From the NCBI RefSeq assembly GCF_006345805.1, contig NC_042997.1:137330001-137394000 (forward strand): DNA of 64,000 bases. The letters are read 5' to 3'. The notes beneath the pieces are model-generated. The model searched no databases, was not told the DNA's origin, and worked only from the letters and a program-made list of their open reading frames with translations. This document shows, in pieces, positions 22,570 through 35,970 of the stretch (positions within the stretch are counted from its first letter, which is position 1; each line of letters starts with the position of its first letter). The position numbers and the translations under genes are program-made. This DNA comes from Octopus sinensis (Eukaryota).

Positions 22570-23994
22570 TCTCTATATCTATAAATGGCAAAATGTCTGT
22601 GTATCTGTGTGTCCTTTATACAAATCCACAGTTTTTCATGTAAAAGGCTCGCATTTTCTATGGGCTTTCAAAACTGTCTGAGGGTGGTTGTGAAGATCTT
22701 TTCATTTCATATATATATACACACCCCAGAAAGCCATTAAAAAAATCAATAAACAGACCCCTTATGCCCATAAGTTATGGGCATATCCATTCAAAATCGC
22801 TAAAACATAGAAATTTGTACGTGGTGCGTGCGTACTGCTAGATATGCCAATAGACTGCCAGTTGTTTTTTTATTGGATAGAGATAATTTTACCCTTGACA
22901 GTTGAATGCATTTGTGCATTTGCAGACAGTGTGTATGAGTCAGTGCATTTTTGTGTTTTGCGAAGACGTGTTATCATGTGTTTCGGCTTTCAAATGTGCA
23001 CGCTTTTTTGATTTGAGAAATGCAGGGAATAATTAATGAGTTAGGATCTCCAAAGCTACATTCTTCAATGGTCCTTAATCCAATGCAGTTATCCTCCTCC
23101 GAAACAAACCCGTCGTGCACATCTTCACAGCCAATTTCCTCTACAGCAATGTAATTTAGAACGCTTAGGATGGGTTAGTGATAGATCGGGATTAGAAGCT
23201 GCTTATTAGAGGCTCCCAAGCCCCTTTCTGTAAGGTTAGTCTAGGTTTTAGTTGAAGGCTTAGTTTTGTTACAAATCTAACCTCCTCCATTTCAGTGGAT
23301 CAGGAGCCCAATTAGCCTTCCGGTGAAAAGGCATACCTATTATTTATACCTTAGTTAACCTTGATGTCTTATGTGCTTCTATGCGTCATGGACTTATAAC
23401 TATTCACTTACTGCGTTACTTGCTTCAATGCGTCATACTCATAAAATCACTTTGAATGCTGTTTTTTGTGCTCTAATTGCTCTGCCTTTTAGCCAGAATC
23501 AGCACCATTGCTATTCACTCATAGGATGAGGGGGTTAGAGGAGCGGGGTTTGGTGTCAGAAGTGCTGGCATGTGCAAATTGATCACCTCTGCCAGTCAAA
23601 CTCTCCACCCATGCGTTCCCGTCCCGACACTGATTGAGCAGAACTGGGTTGGGTGTGAAACCAAAACTCAACAAACGAGACTTATGTGTATTTTCAAAAT
23701 CATGCTATTTTGCGACCAAATTCGAGTTTTTTGCTTTCTTCTGCCTCCTTTTTTGTCCGACTAATGGTATGTGCACAGTCTTGCTAATTTTCCATGATTA
23801 CGTGAAAATCGAAGTCCATTGAATATTAATTACTCTCATTATGAGCTTCAACTAGCTCATAAACAACAAAACTGGCCCGGGCTGAAATGTGATAAGAAAC
23901 TTAGCTCTTGATTTAGTGAGAAATTTTTACTGCGATCCAGCAATGAACAACAAGCACTAGCACTAGACCCGGCAACGCTGGGTCATAATGCTAG
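22570..23994 (+). mobile_element. Non-autonomous Helitron (~1.4 kb)
   Basis: 5' A|TCTCTATATCTATAAATGGCAAAATGTCTGTG; 3' hairpin CCCGGCAACGCTGGG and CTAG|T at 23991-23994. Confidence 0.75.
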
Positions 23995-24164
23995 TATACA
24001 CATATATGTACATACTTATATACACATATAAATATATATATATCTATATATACATCTATACATCTACATCTATATATATATATATACATCTATATATATA
24101 ATCTATACAAATACATCTGTATATATACATATGTGCAGTTGTATACATATATATATATATGTAT

Positions 24165-27100
24165 AGGGAACTAGACTACTGGAATTCTGTGAAGCATGTA
24201 ACCTTTTAATCTGCAACACTAAGTTCAGGAAGCCAGACTGCCACCTTATAACCTATCAGTCAGGGGACTCCGCAAGCCAAATAGACTTCATCCTCACCAG
24301 ACAGCGGGATGCAGGGTTGCTCTTAAATACAAAGACCCTCCCGGGTGAAGAATGTATCCCGCAGCATAGGCTAGTCATTAGTGACTTTAGGCTTGAGGCC
24401 AGAAGGATACCAAGAAGCAGACCAATCCAGAAAAGAAGGATTTGGAAGCTAAAGAACCCTTCACATGGTCAGAGATTTAGGGACATCCTCATCAAGAAAT
24501 TTGATGAGAGGGAGGAGGAGCTACAGACGTCGGACAAAGAAGGTAGCTGGAAATTCCTATGGGACAGCTTGCTGAGTACCACAGACCAAGTCTGTGGATG
24601 GTGCAAAGTCCCTTCCAGACCTAGAGTTACATGGTGGTGGAATAGTACAGTAGACAAAGCCATTAGAGCAAAGAAACAGGCCTGGAAAGCCTGAAGGGAT
24701 GGGGGTGGGGGTAGTAGGGAACTATACCAGGTAGCCAAAAGTGAGGCTGGGCAGCAGGTATACATAGCCAAGGGTGAAGCAGAAAAGAAGTTTGCCAATA
24801 TCCAGTGACGTGAGGACCAAAGAACTGAGGTATTTCGGATTGCAAGACAGTGTGTGAGAGAAAATAGTGATGTCACTGGAGAGAAATGCGTCCGCATGAA
24901 TATTGGTGCTCTTGCTTTCAATGTTTCTGAAAAGAAAAAGGCTTGGAGAAGCCATTATGAGAGACTGCTGAATGTGGAGAATGAATGGGGGGAGGAGAGC
25001 CTGCCAAATGTTGACCCAATAGCTATCCGAATAGACAGCTCCCTAGTAGTTAAGGCAATTAAGGGTATGAAACCAGGAAAAGCCCCCGGCCCATCAGGAA
25101 TCACTGCTGAGATGCTTAAAATATCTGGTTGTGTGGGCTATGGCCTAGTCACCTGCATTGTAAACCAGGTAGTTCATAATAGAGTCATACCCAATGACTG
25201 CTACAAGGGTAAAGGTGATGCTCTAGATAGAAATAACTACAGGGGTATTAAACTGTTGGATCAGGTGATGAAGGTCACAGAGAGGGTCATAGCCCATCTC
25301 ATTAGGGAGAGAATTTGCTTAGATGAGATGCAGTTCGGTTTTGTGCCGAGTAGATGCACCACTGATGCCATATTCCTGGTTCGACAACTGCAGAAGAAAT
25401 ACCTAGCTAAAGATAAACCCCTCTACATAGCTTTCGTGGACTTGGAGAAAGCCTTTGACCTTTATCTGGTGGTCAATGCGGAAACTGGAGATTGACGAAT
25501 GGTTAATAAGGGCTGTACAGGCCCTATACAGAGAGGCTGTCAGCAAGGTTAGGATTGGCAATGAGTATAGTGAAGAATTCTGGGTAGAAATAGGGGTCCA
25601 CCATGGTTCAGCCCTCAGTCCCCTTTTATTCATCATAGTCCTCCAGGCAATAACAGAGGAATTCAAAACAGGTTGCCCCTGGGAGCTCCTCTATGTTGAT
25701 GACCTGGCCCTCTTAGCAGAATCACTACCGGAACTAGAAAGGAAATTTCGGGTGTAGAAGCAAGGTGTAGAATCAAAGGGCCTTAGAGTAAATGTAGCAA
25801 AGACCAAAGTTATAGTAAGCAGAAAGGCGAACTCATCACACACCCGCTTGGGCAGGTGGCCTTGCTCGTTCTGTAGGAAAGGTGTAGGTAGAAACTCCAT
25901 AAGATGTACCCAGTGTAAGCTATGGACGCATAAGAGGTGCAGCAACATCAAAGGAAAATTAACTGATAAGACAGCTTTCATGTGCAGCAGATACACAGGG
26001 GCAATAGACACCACAGATACTCAGAAAACAGATTCCATCACATCCCAGGGGGAGAAACTAGAAGTAGTTGATAGTTTCCGCTACCTAGGTGACCAAGTTA
26101 GTAGTGGAGGTGGATGCTCAGAGAGTGTCACCACTAGAATACGAATAGCCTGGGCAAAGTTTAGAAAGCTCCTACCCCTACTGGTGACAAAGGGTCTCTC
26201 GCTCAGAGTGAAAGGTAGATTGTATGATGCATTTGTGCAAACCGCCATGCTTCACGGCAGTGAAACATGGGCTATAACTGCAGAGGACATGCGTAGACTT
26301 GAAAGAAATGAAGCTAGCATGATCCGCTGGATGTGTAATGTCAGTGTGCACACACGACAGAGTGTAAGCGCTCTGAGAGAAATGCTGAACATAAGAAGCA
26401 TCAGATGTGGTGTGCAAGAGAGACGCTTGCAATGGTATGGTCATGTACTGCAGATGGTTGAGGAGAGATGTGTGAAGAAGTGCCACTCCCAAACAGTTGA
26501 AGGTATCAGGGGGAGAGGTAGACTCAGGAAGACATGGGACGAGGTAGTCAAGCATGACCTCCGAGCGTTGGGCCTCACAGTGGCAATGACGAAGGACCGA
26601 GATCTCTGGAGATATGCTGTGACTGCAAAGACCCGGGCTGCTTCCTGCACCAGTTTCGCATAGCCCCAGCTCATTCAAAGTACCTTGGATTGCAGAACGA
26701 CCTGTTGTGCTTACCTTGGATTGTAGAGTGAAATGGAAATTGTAGTTACGATGCCTGTGCCGGCGGCACATAAAAAGCACCATCCGAACGTGGCCGATGC
26801 CAGCATTGCCTTGACTGGCTTCTGTGCCAGTGGCACATGACCTGCTGTGCTTGAGGAGACCTATTGAGTCAAGTACATCAACATCGAAATAAATATCAAA
26901 TGGAAATAGTAGTTGTGATACCTGTGCCGGTGGCACGTAAAAAGCACCATCCAAACGTGGCTGATGCCAGCGCCGCCTTGACTGGCTTCTGTGCTGGTGA
27001 CACGTAAAAAACACCAACCGATCGTGGCCGCTGCCAGCCTCCCCTGGCACGTAAAAAGCACCCACTACATTCATGAAGTGGTTGGTGTTAGGAAGGGCAT

Positions 27101-27230
27101 CCAGCTGCAGAAATACTGCCAGATCAGACTGGAGCCTGGTGCAGCCTCCTGGCTTCCCAGACACCGGTCGAACCATCCGACCCATGCTAGCACAGAAAAT
27201 GGACGTTAAACGATGATGATGATGATGATG
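24165..27230 (+). mobile_element. 5'-truncated RTE-clade LINE (partial APE, RT, zinc finger, repeat-rich 3'UTR, (GAT)n tail), inactive
   Basis: SQIDFIL and QHRLVISDF (APE C-terminus); KAPGPSG, NYRGIKLL, QFGF, FVDLEKAFD, GVHHGSALSP, LLYVDD; CxxC...CxxCxxWxHxxC; several stops and frameshifts. Confidence 0.95.
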
Positions 27231-27601
27231 ATATATATATATATATATACATAATATATATTATATATATGTATGCATGTATATATGTATGTATGCCCAT
27301 ATATATGTGAGATAATAGTTTCAGTATTAATAGTAAAAATATTAAAGTGAAAGTATCTGACATTACAGTAGAGAGATGTTATTGTTTCACTTTTGACATG
27401 TAATACTGAAATAGTGGAAGATATAAGAAATTGCTCTAGGCTCACATTAGGCAAGAAGTTGGAAATTTTTTTGTCCATAACACTACCTGGATCCTAAGTA
27501 AGGCATGAGTAGAATTTGAATGAAATCGGTTGTGTAGTTCTTGAGTTTTAGAAATTCACACAGACAGACAGACACACATTCTCATCTTTATATATATAGA
27601 G

Positions 27602-27819
27602 CAGTGCTTTTCAAACTTTTTGCTGGAGCAGAACCCCAAGGAAACATTCCACTGGCTTGAGGAACCCCTGTGCAATAATTTAATAGTCTTATGCACACAT
27701 ATCTGCACAGGAGACTTAAAATTACTGCCGATTTTAGCAATTTTGTAACTTCTTGCGGAACCCATGGACTGTACTGGCGGAACCCTAAGGTTCCGTGGAA
27801 CCCTGGTTGAAAACCACTG
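27602..27819. mobile_element. hAT (Charlie-type) MITE, 218 bp
   Basis: TIRs CAGTGCTTTTCAA and TTGAAAACCACTG; perfect 8-bp TSD ATATAGAG (27594-27601 and 27820-27827). Confidence 0.9.
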
Positions 27820-30547
27820 ATATAGAGATTAACTGGTGAATATGAAACTTCTTTTTTTTTTATTAACATATGGAAACAACTTCCTGGGATTACAAAAATA
27901 TGTGAGTCGTACCAGTAAGTTCTTCAGTAGATACCAACAGTGTAATGCCAATTTGCAAAATACAGTAATTAGTAGATTTCCAAAAATTCAATAATTATGA
28001 GGATTTCTATAATTTTTAACAATAGTGAATATGATTTAGGTGATATATTTTGTCCATCCGGAAAGGCAATTTAAAAAGAAAATAGAGATATCAAGTTTAC
28101 TATAATTTCTAATGGAGCAGTCAAAATAAAAGATAGAAATTAGGATACATTCCATATTTTGAGGGGTTTGACATTTTAAATTGATGAAATTAAAATATTT
28201 TCCATTATAAAAGTTAGGTTGTGTATGTCTAGTGAGTGGGGGGAATTTGGAACAATCTGAAATTAAAACTTTATATATATATATATATGCCCACATATAT
28301 AGGTATGCATAGATAAATACATTCAAACATAGTTGTTTGACAACTATGTGGTGTGACAATCATATCTGAATTGTATTTCAATTGATTTTTGCTTGGAATT
28401 TATCAGAGCATAAGAAACGAGGCCATTAGATGAAATTTTAAACTTTAAACGGACAGATTATTTCAGCACATCAAAAAGAAACATGTAGTTTAATTGAAAA
28501 TAAGTCAAGTTAGTGTTGATATTTCTAATGCAAGGAACATTAAAAAATTAATTAGAAATAAGTATTCAATAAGGAAAACCAGTATTTGTTAATTATAAAC
28601 ATATTTTTCATTTTTCTGGTAATCACAGTAATTCTATACATATTTCTTTCTAATTCAGACCTTATCAATGAAGCATAGCCTTCAATGTATTTTCTAAAGT
28701 ATGAATGATGGACTCATTTAGTAAATATATCAGATTATACTTTTGTTGGTGTGAGAAAATAGATGTAGAATAATGTACATTTATTTGACGACTCTTTCAT
28801 CACTATTTTAGTCAACAAATTATATTGTTCTAATTTTTCCTGCAAGAAAAGGGGACTTAGCCTTTATTGTATTTGCTGAAAGAATTGTCATAGACTAATA
28901 TTGATTTTATCTCTTTATTTAATTATTTCTAGCGAGCTTTTTAATGCTTTCTGCTTTAAATGTTAACACTAACTCAACTATTGTTTTTCATATAGAAAGT
29001 ATCGCTAACTTATTTATTCTCTGAGCATTTTTTCCTATGCAACTTACTGTACATTCTTGTACATTAATTTTGTAATTTTGTTGCCACTACTTTGTCAGGT
29101 ATGGTGAACACTTTGCTTTGCTGCTGAGGTCAGAATAAGATTCAAATATGCTTGGAATTGTCTCATGCTTGCTAGAAATTATGGAAGTGAATGTGCCTCC
29201 CAAGTCAGTGAACAAATTTACAATTTGACACTAATTAATATAGAGTCATTTCTTATCATCTTTTAACATCCATTTTCCATGCTGGCAAGGGTAAGATGGT
29301 TTGACTGGAACTGGAGAGTCGAAACTACACCAAGCTCTGTGGTCTGTTTTAGCATGGTTTCTATGGTTGGATGCTCTTCCTAATGCCAACCAGTTTACAG
29401 ATTGTACTTGGTGCTTTTTATGTGGTACCAGCACTGGTAAGATCACCATGTAACTTGCAGGACAAGACCCCTCAACTGGGAGGAGTAGTTTTGAAGGATA
29501 GAATCGTATCTTGCACTAGAGAGAGACATGGCTTTGTCAGATGGAGAAAGGAGGGGGAAGAGAGAAAGATGAAGCTGTGACAGAGAGGGGCAGGGACAGT
29601 ACATCCAAGTTACAGGGTAGTGTATATAGTGAAGGGGGCTGGGGATTGGAGAGAATGGGTAGGTGGATGAGTTCACAAGATTTTGAGAGGAGAGTGGGAG
29701 CTAGAGGGGGGAAGGGGTAGAATTTAACAGGGGCATACTGTGCAGGTGTGTGGATGGATATGTGAGGTAGAATGGAGGAAAGTGGAGGAAACAACAGTGG
29801 TGAGCATGGGTGGGTTGTGGGTGGTGGGTGGGTGGAAGGGGATTATGGACACGGATTTTTCTTTGCTGGGCAGGTTTTCTACTGTGACTGGCTGAAAATG
29901 TATAATCTTTGTGGAGTGTTTGAAGTGACTATAAAAATTCAAGAAATTCATCTGGTTGTTATCATTTGGATGTTTAACATATAGTTCACTGAAAATGTTG
30001 ACAGTAGATTCAAGAATTTGATAACCTTTGATATCTTCTTAAATTGTAGCAAAATTATGATTTCCAAATATCTGATATTTATATGGTGGATTTGTTGCAC
30101 AGAAACTATGTAACCAGTGCTTCCATTCTTTAAATCAGCAGGAATATTTGGACAGTTTCACATCATATAGGGCAAATCAGTTTCTCCATGAAATAAATTG
30201 AAATAAAGAATACCAATTGAAAAGGCTTTATTTCATTCAAATGATAAATAAGAAATGTAGTAATATACTAACTACAGCTAAGTATGTTTAAGAAGAATGG
30301 TATATGTAATATATGACACAACAATTAGATATGGCAAATTATCATACATGCGTTATCTTATTAGTTCAGTGATGATGAGGAGGTGGAGGAAAGGGAGGAG
30401 CATGATGATGATAAAATAACTGTTTGAACCACAATATAGATTTAATTATATGGTTATTAATGCTTATCCATATATAACAGATTCTACATACTTCCCCATA
30501 AGTACTTATCAAGCACTTCAATGTCTATACATATAATACTCCCTTTA

Positions 30548-30662
<115 letters not shown>

Positions 30663-31379
30663 TATTGAAAACAAGACTATGTTCTATTTTTTTCCCCTTT
30701 TTGTTCCGGTTTGATTATTCATATTCATGTGGGAGTATTGTGTCTGATTTTATTCATTATCATTGGAGTTTAAGTTTTCTTAATGCTGTCAACAGGTTTC
30801 TTTTACCAGTTAAGAAGTAGTTGAATTTGTGCATCATTCATGTAACTGGGATTGCTTTGTGCATATAGAGCTTTTGTATTGTATGTGCATATTTAGCTCT
30901 ATGATGACATTCATACAAATTCAAACATAACAGTATTCCCATGACTTTTGTCTATAAAATAAGTGTGGTTACCTTAACTTTCATTAACTTCATTCCACTC
31001 AGAATATTAGGAGAGGAACTCAGAATTCCAAGTGTAAAACTTCACTAGTGAAAATATTTCAAGCCTAAATAAACCAGATTTTGTTTTTAACCCACAAGAT
31101 GTATACAGATAAATGACAGGAAAAATATCATTGTAAAAAATATTATCCCACGAAAGAGTCCTTTTCAAGATGATATTTTTACCAGAAAGATCTAAAATTC
31201 TTTTGATCCATGATCTGGAACAAAAGTAAGGGTTTTAATCAAAATGCAGTATGACTAAACATAATAATTTGAGAATATTACACCCACACCAAGAGTGAAA
31301 CTTATACTAACAATATTAAAACTTCACCAATGCTGTGGAAAAGCTACATAATGGGAAGACACCAGAGAATACTGGTACT

Positions 31380-32580
31380 TAATGTAGACTTTTTATAGAA
31401 AACCACTTATACAAACATTTCAAAAAACTATGGATCATCAGATAGACATACAGAACTAGCTAACCTTTGTATGAGCAAACCTTATGACTAAGAACAAAAA
31501 CAAAGCTTGGCAGAGAACTATAGACTCATAGTCTACCTTAACATTATGTACAAATTGTACACAAGCTGCATGAGCTAACTCTTCCAAGATGATTGTGAGT
31601 CTAATGAGTCACTGATGCACTTGGTGGACTTGGTTATGTTAGTATATATCTAAGAAACAATCAGGAGACGAGCTAGGATTTTCAAGCAAAGAAAAAAACT
31701 AGCTAGCATAACTTTATAGATACAATTGGTAACTGAAACAGAAAAAATATGCAAGACTTTTTTAAAGATTAATATATAACAATTATCATTGTTGTTATCC
31801 AGTTCCAATACTGAAGCTTTTTGTTTCTTTGTTAGAAAAAGACTTGTTCCTTCCAAAAAGAATATTAATAAATAAAAAACATACATGCTTACATGCATGC
31901 ATACATACATACATACATACATACATACATACATACATACATACATACCTGGTGCACGAAAGGGACAGAAGTGCAGAAAGAACACCAAAATCTGATAACT
32001 GATGCAGACTTTATGGATTTGTCCAAAAATGTCATTGTAGTATAATCTACTGATGAGACATGTTGTAGTCAAGTCACTGTATAAAGAAATATGTAAGAAG
32101 GATAATTCTGTGACCAAAGAAGTAAGGACACACAGTATGGTAGAGGTCATAGCCACTCATAATATAAAAAAATACTGGTGGAATGTCCCAGTGAAAATCT
32201 CAATAAATGTAAACACAACAGACCTGACATAGTGATTTGGGACAAAGAAGAGAAACTGTGTACTGTAGTGGAAATCAGTTGCCCAGCGAATGTTAACATA
32301 AAGCTAAAGATCAACGAAAAAGAAAACACTTACACTGAACTATTGAGAAATTTATAGGTACTCTACTCAGATTACAACTCAGGTTTATATTCTCGGTAGA
32401 GTTGTTGCAGGTTTCAAAGTAGTATTAGGGCACTGGGATATATAATGCACTGTCTAAGTATCAATCTTGAGAAATTAGGCTTCTCAAAACCAGAAAGGAG
32501 AAAACTGATTCAAAGATTACAGATCCTAGCTATCAATGGAACTGTAAAAATTTGTAAAACTTTCCACAAGTTTATCATTA
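31380..32580 (+). mobile_element. Degenerate R4/Dong-like non-LTR retrotransposon (restriction-like endonuclease)
   Basis: ENYRLIVYLNIMYKLYTSC (RT YRPIT-like), MRHVVVKSLYKEI, YWWNVPV, CKHNRPDIVIWD..VVEISCP..EKENTY and IGALG match the RLE-type C-terminus. Most of the RT is missing. Confidence 0.7.
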
Positions 32581-32872
32581 AAGTATATACGTGCATGTCT
32601 AGACATGTGGCTATATGCATGAGAACACATACATAAAAAAAAACATACAAATTTGCACATGAACTGCACAAATACTGCACATATACACACATATATGCAC
32701 AAATATCCTGTTGATGTTGGTGAAATTTCAATGAAGGAGCCTTGGATCTAGGTTTGAAACCAGTTTTTTCTCTATTGGCAAGAAATCTCGGAATAAAACT
32801 GAATAATATCATACATATATAGAAACATATATAACATATATACATACAAACATGAGTACATGCATACATACA

Positions 32873-32904
<32 letters not shown>

Positions 32905-33375
32905 GAACATACATGCAGATATATATACTTGCTCACACACATATACATACACACATGCATACATGCATACACAAACATTCACACATGCACATACATGCAC
33001 ACACATGCACATACACATGCATGCACTTACACACACACAGGCCAATACCACCCACCCACTAGACATTATAACAAATTTTATTGATGGAATAAATAAATAA
33101 ATAAATGTAATCTATCCTGCATTAGGGACATTTTCAGCTTTTCCTCTCATTACAATGCAGCACTACTAAAGAGCAGCTTTTACGAAGAAACGTTTTAAAA
33201 GGAGTGCCTTTCTCAAAACAGCAAACCCCAAAAGATGAATGTATAGTTCACCCCACCGGAGACTATAACTGTAAAAGATGAACTTAACTGGAAATATTCC
33301 TGTCATTAATAGATAAGCATCATAACTAAGATTGTGAATTAGCAGAATTTTTATGGTGTTGGAAAAATTACCTTG

Positions 33376-33597
33376 AACTTTTAGCATCCAGATTACTCTG
33401 TAAAATGGTTATACTTATTTATTCATATTGTTTTGAATTAATCATGCACTGCTGTGTGGCTGTGAGATTTCAATGATGTGTTGCCTATTTTTGAATGACA
33501 TTGCAAAGTAGGTATGAGAGGCCAGATCTGGATGATTTGAACATAAAACAAGTAGAATATTTGATTCAGATATGGCTGGTTTAAATGCTAAAGGATT
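33376..33597. mobile_element. piggyBac-like MITE (family P1), degenerate
   Basis: Reverse-complement homology to 12718-12938 and 42854-43072. Confidence 0.6.
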
Positions 33598-34989
33598 ATG
33601 AATTTTGTTCTAGATCTCTGTAGTCTAAATTCAAAAACTCACTGAGGCCAACTTAGCCTTTCATCTTACTAGGATCAATAAAATAAAGTACCAGTAAAGT
33701 ACTGAAGTTGATGGGGAAATATTACCTTACTTGGAAACAGATGTGGGTTGGAGATGGAAGGGCATCAGCTTTAGAATATCTGCTTCATTAAACTCCACAT
33801 GACCCATGCAAGTATGGAAAAGTAGACATTAAAATGATTAAAATAAAGGTTTAAATCATATCCAGGTTCATTTTGTCTTTTGTCCTTCTGATGTTGAAGA
33901 AATAAGTATTGGAGACCATGTTGTAATGACTGTTGACTATTTGTTGTACCATGGTGAATGACTATTTGCTGTACAATTGGTGAATGAAAATATGTTTCTT
34001 GGCTGCTTGAGAAATATAACTTAAAGAGTACAGAAAGCTATTGGTACAGTTATATGCAGTTGGCCCAATATATCTGAAATCAGCTGTGCTATCTTTGTGG
34101 CAATGGAGGTCCTTGGTCACTTGTCCGAGGCTGTCTGTGCAGGTCATCTGCCTTCTAAACTGCATGTCAAATGGTTTTTATAGGAAATTGGAAGCCAAAT
34201 CCCAGAATGTTTGATAAAATCCTGCCATGCCATCACCTCATGCTGATTGGTCAATTAATAGTCCAATCACAGGAAACTATGGTGGTTTGCTCATGATGTC
34301 TGACCATGTATCCAGCAATTTAGTTTCAACTCACTGCTACAATTTAATAAACTATTTCTCAGAGATGGTGCTCTGGTATAGCTGTAGTTCAATAACAAGT
34401 ATCAGTAGATGAGTTTAATAATGGATTCAGTATCCATTTCCCTATAAAATTGGTCTTTTGCCTAGTTGAAATAAAAATAAAATCTTAATTTATGACACAT
34501 ATATTACACATTAACTTACAAAAATTAAGCAAATATTTACAATTCTATTGAAAGCATATCCTACTTACCTGTTAAAGAAATAACATGAGCACTGGGGAAG
34601 AAATATCTAATTTCTTCTGACATACTTTTTTTTTCTATCATTAAGTTTTCAACTAAGACTGGTTGACCAACTTTCAGACATGTCTTTCATTTGCCGGAAA
34701 TAGTTAATATGACTAGCAAGTTAAATAGTAATTAGCTAGCCAAACTAAAGCTAGTAGTAGTTTTACAGTAAGTAATCAGGAAAAACAGTTAATAATAGTT
34801 AGGTATAGTAATTAACAAGATCTAATGATTTAATGATTCAAAAGAATTTTTTGTTTATTTTCTAGATTATTCCCCACCAAAAAGAAGAGAATTGAAGTAC
34901 CTTCAAAACATATATATGAGTTTGGTGAATGAATGAGTATGCCCAACCCTAGTGACAGGGTTGGGGAGGACTCAGACATACCCACCCCT

Positions 34990-35260
34990 CCCTACTCACT
35001 GTGGTCTTACTGTGGTAGCAGTACATTTCACCACAGCCTCCCATTTCAGTTCTTGATGTTATTGCTCCATCTTTGTCTTTATCACTCACAAGTCTGTTTT
35101 CTGTCCATCCAACCCTGAAAGATGTGGTTACTGAGGTTCTGAGCTCTAATAATGGGGCCAAAATACTGCAGTTTTTGCTGCTGTTCATCATCACCAAATT
35201 TCCTTCTACTCCCATATCTTTCTGGACTGGATTATTCATCTTACAGACTGCCTAACAGAG
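34990..35260 (-). mobile_element. Old RTE-type LINE C-terminal fragment
   Basis: Minus translation KLQYFGPIIRAQNLSNHIFQG...RQRWSNNIK. Confidence 0.45.
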
Positions 35261-35924
35261 CCACAGCACTTGCCTGTTGTATATTATCATGATTTTGATA
35301 GGGACAACCAAAACATTTGTTTAAAACTTATTGAAAATGTATGAAAATATTTGGCCCAAAGTCAAAAGAATTAGTGTCCATGAGAGTCATACCAACTGAG
35401 TGTAAGCTCCTGGTGTGGCTTCCCATGCTGGACAAGTCAAAGGATAGAGGCCAGAATAATATGGACTATCTCTTCCCTGAAGTAAAAATGGGTTTGCATA
35501 GGGCCAACATCCCTACCTAGTAAAAAGCAAAGTTACAAAAGCATCGATGATAGTTCAAAATAAACAAGATCTTGTAGAAGGGTTTCCTTTAAGGAAATGT
35601 ATGACACAGTACAGCAAAATCTGAAAAAAAGTTGCAAACTTCAAAAAGCAGGGATCCAATTGGAAAGAAGCAGAAAAGACAGCCCAAAGTTGAGAAGAGT
35701 GGAGAAAAGTCATTGATGGCAATACTCCATAGGAAGCAGAAGTAAGTATAACTATGAGGCTTTGAGAAAAAGAAAAGTAATTCTAGAGCCATTGAAGTAA
35801 TGGATAGAATGTAGTGTGGTATTTGTTTGGTTCTCTGTGCTCTGAGTTCAAATCCTGCCAAGGTCAACTTTACCTTTCACCCTTTTAAGGTCAATAAATA
35901 AAGTACCAGTCCAGCTGCTGGCAC

Positions 35925-35970
<46 letters not shown>

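Noticed and set aside
28654-29105. Plus-strand acceptor/donor pairs at ~28659-28698 and ~28996-29099
   Set aside because: All three frames contain stops. There is no support for coding, and a non-coding exon cannot be assessed from sequence alone.
33376-33405. Apparent 26-nt minus-strand microexon (tttacag|...caag|gtaatt)
   Set aside because: It is the end of a piggyBac-like MITE that is present elsewhere in the window.
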